Positions 18,619 to 27,597 of a stretch of DNA of 64,000 nt are shown here, in pieces; within the stretch, counting starts at the first letter, position 1, and the number at the start of each line of letters is the position of its first letter. Position numbers and translations under genes: made by a program. Under the pieces are notes generated by a model. That model searched no databases. It was not told the DNA's origin and was given only the letters and a program-made list of their open reading frames with translations. This DNA comes from an uncultured Verrucomicrobiae bacterium (lineage in GTDB: Bacteria > Verrucomicrobiota > Verrucomicrobiia > Chthoniobacterales > JAFAMB01): positions 128,001-192,000 of the forward strand of contig CAVXLD010000007.1 of assembly GCA_963762565.1 (NCBI GenBank), given 5' to 3'.

Positions 18619-19811
18619 TACCTGGGCGAGGATGTTTGCTCGGGCTGTTCGAAATCCTTGAGCGCTCCCTGTATTTGCGATTCGGCATCGATAAGAAAGT
18701 TGGCACTCGAGACGACTCGCTCTCCTTCATTCAAGCCACTTTTGATTTGATAGTAGCGCCTCTGTTTCGGATCTTCGGTATCGCTAAACTCGCGGACCAG
18801 CTGGACAAACCGGGGCTCTAATTTCCCGCCGCCTTTGTCTACGAAGACTAGTCCTCGCGAACCCGTTGGTAGGACCGCATCAACCGGGACAGTCAAGCCT
18901 TCGCCGCAATCGATTTTTAGCTCGATGTTGGCAAACATCCCGGGTCGTAGTTCATCCTGCGGATTATCGAGATCGATTCGGGCCCGCGTTGTGCGAGTAA
19001 GCGTATCGACTCGGGGATCGATCGCGGTGATTTTTCCAAGAAACGTTTTATCCAGGAATGCAGTTAGGGAGATAGTCGCTGTTTGGCCGGATTTTAGAAG
19101 TCCGGCTTCATTCTCGTAAAATTGGGCCCAAAGCCATAGGCGAGATAGGTCGACGACTCCAACCAGGAGATCGCCGGCTTTCACGCTTGTCCCTGGTTTC
19201 ATCGGAACCTGCTCGACGACGCCGTTGAAAGGTGACCGCAAGACAAGATCACTAGACGCTCTGCGGCTTGTTTCGAGCGAATCGATTTCCTGCTGGCCTA
19301 CATTCCAGAGGCGAAGCCGCTCTTCTGCGGATGCAATAAGGTGATCAGTGTCGGTCCGAGCAGAGCCGATCTTGTCCCGCGAATTCAGCAAATTAACTAA
19401 CTCCTGTTCAGCACTGCGAACGTCCGGACTGTAGAGAGTTAATAGAGGCTGGCCTTTGGTTACTGGCTCGCCCGGTGAGGATACCTTGAGTTCCTGCAAA
19501 TAACCATCAACGCGGGCTACATATTGGAAAATATGTGCCTGATCCGGTTGAAGAGTCCCGATTGAACGTATGGAGAACTGAATCGGGCGTTTTTGAGCCG
19601 ATGTATAGGTAACTCCAATTTGCTGCTGACGTTCCACCGGAACAGAAAACTCTTGCGGTTTGTTGGCTTCATGACCATCGGAGCCAGGGGCGCCGGTTTC
19701 ATTTTGTTCCTCGGCTGCGGTACCGCTGGCCGGCTTACTGCAGGCAGAAGCTCCAGCCAGAATGAGAACGGCGAGCAGGGTGTGCGGTAGCGTACTGGTC
19801 GCTTTCATTTT
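18618..19811 (-). CDS. cusB: CusB-like periplasmic adaptor (lipoprotein)
   Basis: GASAC lipobox, LYSPD, LRPGMF, GERVVSSANFLIDAES. Confidence 0.9.
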   Translation of the reverse strand, partial: KMKATSTLPHTLLAVLILAGASACSKPASGTAAEEQNETGAPGSDGHEANKPQEFSVPVERQQQIGVTYTSAQKRPIQFSIRSIGTLQPDQAHIFQYVARVDGYLQELKVSSPGEPVTKGQPLLTLYSPDVRSAEQELVNLLNSRDKIGSARTDTDHLIASAEERLRLWNVGQQEIDSLETSRRASSDLVLRSPFNGVVEQVPMKPGTSVKAGDLLVGVVDLSRLWLWAQFYENEAGLLKSGQTATISLTAFLDKTFLGKITAIDPRVDTLTRTTRARIDLDNPQDELRPGMFANIELKIDCGEGLTVPVDAVLPTGSRGLVFVDKGGGKLEPRFVQLVREFSDTEDPKQRRYYQIKSGLNEGERVVSSANFLIDAESQIQGALKDFEQPEQTSSPR

Positions 19812-21148
19812 GTTCGATGCTCCGTGGAATGTGTCGTTGCCCACGCCGTTTCTTCGAGTCCGGCCAGTGCCTGTAGTTCGGCCAACGCGGTTTCAAGGTC
19901 TGCCCTATCCCGGACGTACATCGCCTCCAGGTCGAACAGGTTACGCTGAGCGGAGAGGAGAGTTAGGAGGTCTCCTTTATCGGTCTGATAATCGGCGAGA
20001 AAAGAGGCGACCGTTTGCCGCGCGGTCGGTAAAAGATTGTCCCGGTATAGCTCGAGGTGGTGGTGGAGGGTCTCAATCTTGTCTAACTGAGTTCGAAGTA
20101 AGCCCAGGGCTTGTGTCTGCTCACTGGTTAGCTCGTCTTGAGCGGCGCTTACTTCACTTCTGGCTTCGTCCTCCTCGGCCCGGTATTTTCTGCCGTTGAA
20201 CCACGGTAAACTGAACGAAACGCCGCCTCCAACCTGGCTTAAAGTTTGGGATGCACCGTTGTAGCGCTCCGCTCCAAAACTAACGGTAGGGTCAGGGATC
20301 CAATCTCGCTTAGCTAGTTGCAGTCTGGCATTCGCCGCTGCTAACTTTGCTTGGGCAGCTCTTATTTCAGGACGGTTGGTTAAAATGACGGTCCGAAGCC
20401 GTTCGGGCGATGCCGGCAACGAATCCATCGAATCGTCCGAAACAACCCGTACCGGGATAGAGGGGTCCCGGTTCATTAGTATGTTAAGGTTCGATTGCGC
20501 CTCCTTGAGCTCTAGTTCGAGATCTTTGCGTGCTTCGATGACTTTCTGACGTACATTTTCAACGAGTAGAACGCTGGCTTGGCCTTGTTTGCCTGCTTCG
20601 AACCTTGCTCGGGTGGAGTCGACGGATTGAACGAGGGAATCCTCGTCTGCCTTATTCAGATCCAACCGTGCGTACACGCTTCTAAGCTGGTAGTACTCCG
20701 ACTTGGCTCTTGCGATGATGTCGAGTGATCGACGTCTGGCTTCCTCAAAAGTTCCCAAGGCCTCAGCCGTGGCCATGCGTTCTTTACTTCGGTTCTTGCC
20801 AGATACCGGGATCATCTGCTCCACACTGAGCGTTTGGTCCGTAAAGCTGTTTGCCGGTATGCTAACGAATCTGCCGAAAACAGTGCCTCCGGTTACTTTT
20901 GGGTCGTCCCAGGCCGCGGCCTGCGGAATCCGTTCTCTAGCGGACCTCCACTTGGCTTGGGCAGCCTCGATGGTCGGATTGTTGGCAAGGACAATAGCGA
21001 CGAGTTGGTGCAGCGAGAGAGCGTCCGGCGCCGGCGACGGACTCGCCGAGCTCCGGCTATCGCGGCCGAACGTTTGGCCGATCACGGTTAGCTCGGCTAC
21101 TGAAAGTAAGAATACTAATGATTGCCCAACGGGCGGATTGAGTTTCAT
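19805..21148 (-). CDS. TolC/CusC family outer-membrane efflux protein
   Basis: NNPTIEAA..AWDDP and NRPEIRAA repeats; position upstream of cusBA. Confidence 0.88.
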   Translation of the reverse strand: MKLNPPVGQSLVFLLSVAELTVIGQTFGRDSRSSASPSPAPDALSLHQLVAIVLANNPTIEAAQAKWRSARERIPQAAAWDDPKVTGGTVFGRFVSIPANSFTDQTLSVEQMIPVSGKNRSKERMATAEALGTFEEARRRSLDIIARAKSEYYQLRSVYARLDLNKADEDSLVQSVDSTRARFEAGKQGQASVLLVENVRQKVIEARKDLELELKEAQSNLNILMNRDPSIPVRVVSDDSMDSLPASPERLRTVILTNRPEIRAAQAKLAAANARLQLAKRDWIPDPTVSFGAERYNGASQTLSQVGGGVSFSLPWFNGRKYRAEEDEARSEVSAAQDELTSEQTQALGLLRTQLDKIETLHHHLELYRDNLLPTARQTVASFLADYQTDKGDLLTLLSAQRNLFDLEAMYVRDRADLETALAELQALAGLEETAWATTHSTEHRTK

Positions 21149-21260
21149 AAATTGAGAGCTGGTTGGAGCGAAGGAACGCGGCGACGAGACACCGCAGCTA
21201 CGCGCGAAGATGGCTACGCTGCGGACCGAATTGGCCGCCGCTGTAACCGGAGATCAGCTC

Positions 21261-21626
21261 TCAAAGAAGAAGAATGCAATCCCGCGAGAGTAAATTGTCC
21301 GGCGGGGGCCTCAGATCGCCTGCGAATCGGGCGGATAGTTCGCGTTCCGGCATCGCGGAGAGCAAACAAATCGAGGAGGTCATCGTTGGCGGCAGAAGTG
21401 CCGGCTGGGTAAACGCGGATGACGTTCCTTGAGAGATAGGTAGCAGCTGTGAGACGCTCAGATGGCAAGCAGGCGTATCGGCGCAACAAGAGTGACAGTT
21501 CGCGGAGCCACGTTCGCAGGACATCTGACAGGTCGAACGCGTCTCGACTGCTCGGCTCCCAAGACTCAAACCGGTCAACAGGAGCAGAACCAACAAGATC
21601 CGCAGGCTGGAACTCGACCTTTGCAT
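21261..21626 (-). CDS. Small Cys-rich exported protein heading the cus operon
   Basis: Hydrophobic N-terminus, CQMSC..CHSCC..C cluster, C-terminal RPPP..C. Confidence 0.6.
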   Translation of the reverse strand: MQRSSSSLRILLVLLLLTGLSLGSRAVETRSTCQMSCERGSANCHSCCADTPACHLSVSQLLPISQGTSSAFTQPALLPPTMTSSICLLSAMPERELSARFAGDLRPPPDNLLSRDCILLL

Positions 21627-21678
21627 CGACGAAAACACTCAACGCTAATTTGAAACTGCCGCTTTACAATTGGAATTA

Positions 21679-22626
21679 TCACTTGCCGGGCCCGGGCTTC
21701 AGATAAAGAGCGCCTCCGCCGATATCGAGAATGGCTTGGTACGTCGAGAGAAAATCTTCGCCAATAATCCCGCCCAGAGGATGGCTGAAGCCGGTTTGCA
21801 GGTTAGGAATATTGGCGAAGTGCACCACGTTTCCGCTGAGATCTTGAGCGCCGAGTCTGAACCCGGGCAATCGTCCGCTGGTTACCCTAGAACTTTGTCC
21901 CAGGGCGAAATACACGCTGTCGCTCTTCCAACCGAAAAGCCAGGATGATTCTTTGATCGTCGATTGCAGAACCGTTTGGGGAGACCCGGAATCGATGAGA
22001 AAACTATAACTGGTCGCGCCAACCGATCCGATCGCTTCGATCCGGCCAATCCCGGTGACGTGAATCGGCACATCAGTATAGCCCTGCCCTTCGAACCCAG
22101 CGCGGTTCTGGCGTGGCGTACTGGTGGCGCGCAAGAGGAGCAATTGAGAACGAAAATTCAATATCGCATCGTGCCGAACGAGAAAGTTAACGCCCAGGAC
22201 TCCGCCTGCCTCAAAACGGTCACTAGAGCGATCGCTGGTGTTGCGGTTTCCTTCGATCATTCCGGAAAGAGATGCTTCAAAGAAATCGAAGCCACCCATC
22301 GGGTAACCATCCACGATCGTTCCGATGTCCACGAGAAGCTTGGCCTTTTGTCCTGCCACGATGGTTGATCCTTCGCTAATGGTAGCGACAGAACGCACCA
22401 GTTGTTTGGCCTGATCGACGTCAACCAGAGACCAGGGTGAACCGGTATCAACCAGCCACCAATGCGTCTTCGTTTGACCGAGTAACGACATCGGCACGTA
22501 AAGATGTTCGTGGATAATCGTCAGCGGAAAGCGAACGATCGCCGAAGACGGTAAACTGGTCGCAGTCTGGCACAGCAAAAACCCTAGCGCTGTGGCGGCG
22601 CCCGCTAAGATCAAGCGAGCGTTCAT
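21679..22626 (-). CDS. Secreted two-domain retropepsin-like aspartyl protease
   Basis: LVDTGS..GVLGVNFL and LIDSGS..GIIGEDFL. Confidence 0.8.
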   Translation of the reverse strand: MNARLILAGAATALGFLLCQTATSLPSSAIVRFPLTIIHEHLYVPMSLLGQTKTHWWLVDTGSPWSLVDVDQAKQLVRSVATISEGSTIVAGQKAKLLVDIGTIVDGYPMGGFDFFEASLSGMIEGNRNTSDRSSDRFEAGGVLGVNFLVRHDAILNFRSQLLLLRATSTPRQNRAGFEGQGYTDVPIHVTGIGRIEAIGSVGATSYSFLIDSGSPQTVLQSTIKESSWLFGWKSDSVYFALGQSSRVTSGRLPGFRLGAQDLSGNVVHFANIPNLQTGFSHPLGGIIGEDFLSTYQAILDIGGGALYLKPGPGK

Positions 22627-22636
22627 AGGAAGCCGC

Positions 22637-23263
22637 CTAGGATGATTCGATCGCGACTGGTCGCTCCTGCTCTTGTGTCAGCTCTGCACGCGCCGCCTGC
22701 AGCAGACCGCTGAGACTCTGCGCGGCCTTTTCCAACTCCGCATCGGACGGATGCTGCTTATCCCGTGAAAAGACGCGAGCCGCTTCGATCGACTCGATGG
22801 CGGACTGCAACACCGGCATCAGACGCTGGTTCAGGTAGCGCGACAGCCGTTGCCGCTCCTGTTCCTTCCCCACCGACCTGCCCAATTCAAAATCCACACT
22901 CGGATCGCCAAATGGCGGGACCATCAAATAGATCAGACCGTGGTCACCAAAGACGGCATGCCCTCTAATTATAAAGCCTTGATCGTACGACTCGACCCTA
23001 ATCGGGATTAGATGACCGCTTTCCCAGGCTACAGACCCGGCATGAATCTTAACAATCCCGGAAAAAGGCAGGGTCGGTAGCAACGGCTCCTTAATGCCGG
23101 CTACCCGCAAAAACGAGTTGTTCGCGAAAATGAAACGGTCTGATTCGAAATCCGCTACCGCCCGAGGCAGCCCTAAGGTATCCATTACCTGGCAGGCGGA
23201 GATGAGCGATTCGTGCATTCGAGGGGAATCTCTCGAGAGTCTCATCGCCATAGCTTTTTGCAA
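22637..23263 (-). CDS. Hypothetical protein, PAS-like N-terminus plus helical C-terminus
   Basis: FIFANNSFLRVAG PAS-like segment; ERQRLSRYL resembles a kinase dimerisation helix; no HATPase domain. Confidence 0.55.
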   Translation of the reverse strand: MQKAMAMRLSRDSPRMHESLISACQVMDTLGLPRAVADFESDRFIFANNSFLRVAGIKEPLLPTLPFSGIVKIHAGSVAWESGHLIPIRVESYDQGFIIRGHAVFGDHGLIYLMVPPFGDPSVDFELGRSVGKEQERQRLSRYLNQRLMPVLQSAIESIEAARVFSRDKQHPSDAELEKAAQSLSGLLQAARAELTQEQERPVAIESS

Positions 23264-23316
23264 ACCCTTTTGCCATAGGAGTTAGCCTCGCGCAGAGGCC
23301 CAACAAGCGGTCGGAA

Positions 23317-23680
23317 CCGTGGAGCGCTGCCTCGCTTGCGAGGCCGAAGGGGTCGCCGCCGTGGAGCGCTGCCTTGCTTGCAAGGCCGAAGGGGTCGCCG
23401 CCGTGGAGCGCTGCCTTGCTTGCAAGGCCGAAGGGGTCGCCGCCGTGGAGCGCTGCCTTGCTTGCAAGGCCGAAGGGGTCGCCGCCGTGGAGCGCTGCCT
23501 TGCTTGCAAGGCCGAAGGGGTCGCCGCCGTGGAGCGCTGCCTTGCTTGCAAGGCCGAAGGGGTCGCCGCCGTGGAGCGCTGCCTTGCTTGCAAGGCGAAG
23601 GGGTCGCCGCCGTGGAGCGCTGCCTTGCTTGCAAGGCGAAGGGGTCGCCGCCGTGGAGCGCTGCCTTGCTTGCAAGGCCG
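23317..23680 (+). repeat. Tandem array of a 42-bp REP-like unit (8 full units plus a partial)
   Basis: CCGTGGAGCGCTGCCTTGCTTGCAAGGCCGAAGGGGTCGCCG; units 7-8 are 41 bp; no spacers. Confidence 0.97.
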
Positions 23681-23851
23681 TGGTGAGCAGGGCGATATGG
23701 TTTACGCCTGCGATTTCTTTATCTGTACCCTAACGCGCTAATGCGGGACTCGGATCGCTGCTCGATTTTACAAGCACGATATCTCTCCCTATGGCCCCGC
23801 GCATCGATCGGTCGACGCACAGCGCAGCACGGGAAAGGGCATTACATGACG

Positions 23852-23942
23852 CATATCGCCCTGTTCACCACGGCCTCGCAAGCGAGGCAGCGCTCCACGG
23901 GGTGGCGACCCCTACGGCCTCGCAAGCGAGGCAGCGCTCCAC
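23852..23942 (-). repeat. Inverted copies of the REP unit plus flanking arm
   Basis: CATATCGCCCTGTTCACCACGG is complementary to 23678-23699, followed by two inverted REP hairpins. Confidence 0.9.
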
Positions 23943-23951
23943 TCCGGTGGA

Positions 23952-24488
23952 TTACTCGTTCGCTGCTCCGGCTCCAGTCATTGCCCCACGTAATTGTGCG
24001 ATTTGATTTTCGTAATTTGCCAGCTCCTGGCGGTATTCGGCCTGCCCTTGTTTGTAGGCTGCTATTGAAATCCGATGAGATTGATAAAGATCCTCGACGC
24101 GAGCTCTTAGGCGTTCCGCTTTCTCGCGTGACAATTCTGCTTTCTCACGGACGAGTTCTACCGGCGACTTGGTTTCAGAGCCGGAATCGTTCGCAGAGGC
24201 GAAATCGTTCTCAGCTAGAGCTGATGGTTGCGGGTTGGGCGCTGCCGGCGGCTCTGCCACTCTAACTTTAGGGCTTGCCGCTAAATGTGGCTGTGGGGTT
24301 GCGGGAACAGGATGATCTGTTCCGACAATCGTGGGGGGCGTGGTTGAGCTTGCCGAGACGAGCGCCTGAACCGCCGGTGAGACCGGATTTTCCGATTGCA
24401 ACAGCCGGAGCATTGAAAGCGAAAGCGCGCCCGCTATCACGGAGGTGAATACTGCGCCCGAAAGGACGAGGCTGAGTAATCTTTTCAT
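23952..24488 (-). CDS. Hypothetical membrane-anchored Pro-rich/coiled-coil protein
   Basis: N-terminal hydrophobic helix, Pro/Ala linker, helical C-terminus. Confidence 0.7.
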   Translation of the reverse strand: MKRLLSLVLSGAVFTSVIAGALSLSMLRLLQSENPVSPAVQALVSASSTTPPTIVGTDHPVPATPQPHLAASPKVRVAEPPAAPNPQPSALAENDFASANDSGSETKSPVELVREKAELSREKAERLRARVEDLYQSHRISIAAYKQGQAEYRQELANYENQIAQLRGAMTGAGAANE

Positions 24489-24663
24489 TTTTCTACTTCC
24501 ATGTGATTTCGCACGAAGACGTGCTGTGGGTCGTTTTGATGGCGAACCAAAAGTTCGGACCTTCTCTTTGTCTCCCTAAGAAGCCGACGCGATTCGATGC
24601 CAGTTTGTTCGAAAAAAGTTTAGGACTGTGAGCTGTGTCGGCCTGCAGATCTGGCCGTCTAGT

Positions 24664-24765
24664 AAGTGGACTGAGTGGACCAAGTGGACGCAGTGGACCA
24701 AGTGGACCGCCAAACGCCGAACGCCGAACGCCAAACGCCGAACGCCAAACGCCGAACGCCAAACG
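24664..24765. repeat. Short tandem repeats (9-mer AGTGGAC-type and 7-mer GCCRAAC)
   Basis: Visible directly, abutting the LysR stop codon. Confidence 0.85.
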
Positions 24766-24769
24766 TGCG

Positions 24770-25705
24770 CTACTCGATCACGGCTAACTTCGGCCGGTAA
24801 TCGTTGCAAAACCGGACGAAAGTGTCACCGGGCTCACCCAAGGCGCCACTGGGTAAGACCCAATAAAATCCCCGCCGCACCAGCAGATTGTTTATTCGGA
24901 CAATGCGGAGCTTACCTGCTGCTATGTCGTCTTTCACGCTCCAGCGGGACAAAAATGTGAGGCCCAGACATTGGATGGTCATCGTCCTAATCGCCTGGAT
25001 ATCGGAGATGACATATTGATAAGCCAACCGCTTGGTTTGGACGCCAAGTTTGCGTAATGCCTTCTCGACCACTGCTCTGGTGCCGGACCCCGCTTCCCGC
25101 CAAATCAGTGGCAGCCGGTACAAATCTTCGGCCGACGCAACCGAGGTTACCAGACGCTGGTAGGCAGAAAAAGTTGGACTGGTGCCCGCTACCAAGATCA
25201 GCTCGTCGTCCACAAATCGTTCCAGTCTGAGTCCAGCCGCTCGAGGATTCCCCTCTACTAAGCCGAAAGGGTAGATTCCTTCCCGTACCGATTCGAGGAC
25301 CACCTCGGTGTTGTCCACTTTCACCTCCACCGTAACGCCCGGATGCAGCCGGCAGAATTGAACGACAAAGCCGGGTATAACCTGGGACGCAATTGTCAAG
25401 CTGGCACCAAATCGCAGTTCACCGGCCAGTTTCTGCTCTCGATGAAATGAAGACTCGATGCGCGACAACGTACTCTGGATTTCGGTTGCCAGGGCTTGTA
25501 ATTGGTGACCCTCCCTCGTCAGATGAACTCCCCGGGTTGACCGGGTGAGCAGGGGTTTCTCCACGATTTCCTCCAGTCGCCGCAAGTGGGCAGTAACCGC
25601 CGGCTGCGATAAATGCAACTGCTTGGCCGCGGCCGAGATTTTACCGGAATGTGCTACGGCCAGAAAGGACCGAAGCAATCGAAGGTCGATATCGTTTGGA
25701 TTCAT
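24770..25705 (-). CDS. LysR family regulator (CysL/YeiE-like)
   Basis: LSQPAVT HTH; GASLTIA, GLVEG, WREAGSGTR. Confidence 0.92.
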   Translation of the reverse strand: MNPNDIDLRLLRSFLAVAHSGKISAAAKQLHLSQPAVTAHLRRLEEIVEKPLLTRSTRGVHLTREGHQLQALATEIQSTLSRIESSFHREQKLAGELRFGASLTIASQVIPGFVVQFCRLHPGVTVEVKVDNTEVVLESVREGIYPFGLVEGNPRAAGLRLERFVDDELILVAGTSPTFSAYQRLVTSVASAEDLYRLPLIWREAGSGTRAVVEKALRKLGVQTKRLAYQYVISDIQAIRTMTIQCLGLTFLSRWSVKDDIAAGKLRIVRINNLLVRRGFYWVLPSGALGEPGDTFVRFCNDYRPKLAVIE

Positions 25706-25825
25706 TAAAAAGTGCTCAGGGCGGGAAGCCGGTATCAGGTGGCTCCGAGGGCGGCTATCAGGAATGGTGATAGCTAATAATAGAATTCGATTATCGCTGA
25801 GCCATTCCGGGCAGTACCAACAGAC

Positions 25826-26047
25826 ATGAAACTTCCACTTCTACTTAATAACAAGAGCTATCTTCGAGTAACGGCAATCCTGCCCATGTTCGGCCTTCTG
25901 GCATTTACCGGTTGCGCTAACCTGGCCGGCACCGCTGACAACCAAAACCAACGGACCAATCGGGTGGCAACCTATATGGAACAGAGTCAGGAACAAGTTC
26001 AGTCGGCCGATTCCGACGAAGATCCAGATTACGAGTGGTTCTACTAA
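25826..26047 (+). CDS. Small lipoprotein with acidic/aromatic C-terminus
   Basis: FTGC lipobox; ends DEDPDYEWFY. Confidence 0.6.
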   Translation: MKLPLLLNNKSYLRVTAILPMFGLLAFTGCANLAGTADNQNQRTNRVATYMEQSQEQVQSADSDEDPDYEWFY

Positions 26048-26103
26048 TCGTGAATTGCGAAATAGACCTGATGCCCAATAACCAAGAGTGACTGGATACG
26101 AGC

Positions 26104-27225
26104 ATGGAAAGTTTCCAAAGCGGTACTAACTGGAGTGAGCCGTCTGCTGTCTCCGAGAGCCGTTCGCAAACGGGACTCATCATGCGGCAGAACAAGCCAA
26201 GAGTGTTAGAGACTCCGCTCGACCGGGCTGACTCGTTTCTGACACCCACGGAGCTGTTTTACATACGCAGCCACTCTCCAGCTCCAAAACTCGACCCGGC
26301 TACTTATCGGCTGCAAATTGACGGCGCAGTCAGGAATGCGTTTTCGCTGACTTATGACGAATTGCGGGCCATGCCGTCACAGACTCAGGTCGCTCTTTTA
26401 GAGTGCGCCGGTAATAGCAGGGTGTTTCTAGTGCCTACAGCTTCTGGGGCCCAATGGGAGCTCGGTGGAGTCAGCAACGCAGAATGGACGGGAGTGCCGC
26501 TTCGACTTTTACTGGAGCGCGCCGGTTTGGAAGAAGATGCGGTTGAGATCGTGCTCGAAGGACCCGACCGCGGAGGCGCCAAAGAAGGAGCGATACCGCC
26601 GGCTCCAGTCTCATATGCTCGCAGTCTGGGTCGGGCGAAGGCGCTTGGGGAGGTGCTGATCGCCTATCAGATGAACGGCTGCGATCTTCCTCTTGATCAC
26701 GGCTATCCGGTGCGCGCGATCGTTCCAGGTCACTACGCTATGGCTTCTGTCAAATGGCTGAACCGGATTTACGCGGTCAGAGAACGATTTCAAGGCTACT
26801 GGCAAACATCTGACTATGCCTACTGGGATTCAGTAGACGGAAAACCGGTTCGGCGACCATCGGGAGAAATGCAGGTGAAATCCGAAATCTTCCGTCCGAG
26901 ATTTTACGAGAAGGTGGCACCCAGCGAGACTTACACCGTTTTCGGGGCTGCCTGGGCCGGTGAAAGCGAAGTGGCCGAGGTATCGGTGAGTACCGACGGA
27001 GGCAAAACCTGGGACGAGGCAGAATTCCTGGATCCGGTTTCACGCTATGCGTGGCGCCGATGGAAATTCGATTGGGTTACACCGAGCAAACCGTGCCAAT
27101 GCACTTTGATGTCTCGAGCAAAAGATACCTCCGGGAACGTGCAACCGAATCGCCATGACGAGAACTATGGCGGCTATGTGATCAATCATTTGCTGCCGAT
27201 CGAGGTATTCGTTGGGGACGTTTAA
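26104..27225 (+). CDS. Sulfite oxidase family molybdopterin enzyme
   Basis: FYIRSH, LECAGNSR, NAEWTGV, HGYPVRAIVPG, SVKWL, dimerisation domain. Confidence 0.92.
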   Translation: MESFQSGTNWSEPSAVSESRSQTGLIMRQNKPRVLETPLDRADSFLTPTELFYIRSHSPAPKLDPATYRLQIDGAVRNAFSLTYDELRAMPSQTQVALLECAGNSRVFLVPTASGAQWELGGVSNAEWTGVPLRLLLERAGLEEDAVEIVLEGPDRGGAKEGAIPPAPVSYARSLGRAKALGEVLIAYQMNGCDLPLDHGYPVRAIVPGHYAMASVKWLNRIYAVRERFQGYWQTSDYAYWDSVDGKPVRRPSGEMQVKSEIFRPRFYEKVAPSETYTVFGAAWAGESEVAEVSVSTDGGKTWDEAEFLDPVSRYAWRRWKFDWVTPSKPCQCTLMSRAKDTSGNVQPNRHDENYGGYVINHLLPIEVFVGDV

Positions 27226-27267
27226 CAGGGTCGAACCCCGACTGGACGCGAAAACATAAAACAACTC

Positions 27268-27594
27268 TCACAGCAAGGCCACAAAGGACGTAAAGCGGCA
27301 TAGCCGCAACCAAAGCACAGAAAATCTCACGCAAAGACGCAAAGGCGCAAAGGTTAAGACCAGCGGGGCTAAGCGTTCTCGATTTCGACGCGATGGATCG
27401 GGTTGGCGAGCGCGAAGTTAATCAGAGGTTCGAGCCACTAAGAAACGGTTCCTTATGAATGATTATCTCCGCATGAGGTCCTCGTACTTTTGCGCGAGCT
27501 TTGCAACTGTCTTAACCTTTGCGACTTTGCGTCTTTGCGTGAGTTTATTCTCCGTTTCCTCCCTATCTCCGTGGCCTTGGCGGCCTTGTTGTGA
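27268..27594. repeat. Nested inverted repeats between convergent genes
   Basis: 35-bp arms 27326-27360 and 27509-27543 (one mismatch); outer arms TCACAGCAAGGCC / GGCCTTGTTGTGA. Confidence 0.85.
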
Positions 27595-27597
27595 AAA

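Noticed and set aside
23317..23680. CRISPR array
   Set aside because: Units are contiguous and essentially identical, with no unique spacers and no cas genes nearby.
23091..23741. Repetitive ORFs in several frames (e.g. LASKAALHGGDPFG repeats)
   Set aside because: By-products of a stop-free 42-bp repeat that also occurs as dispersed intergenic copies.
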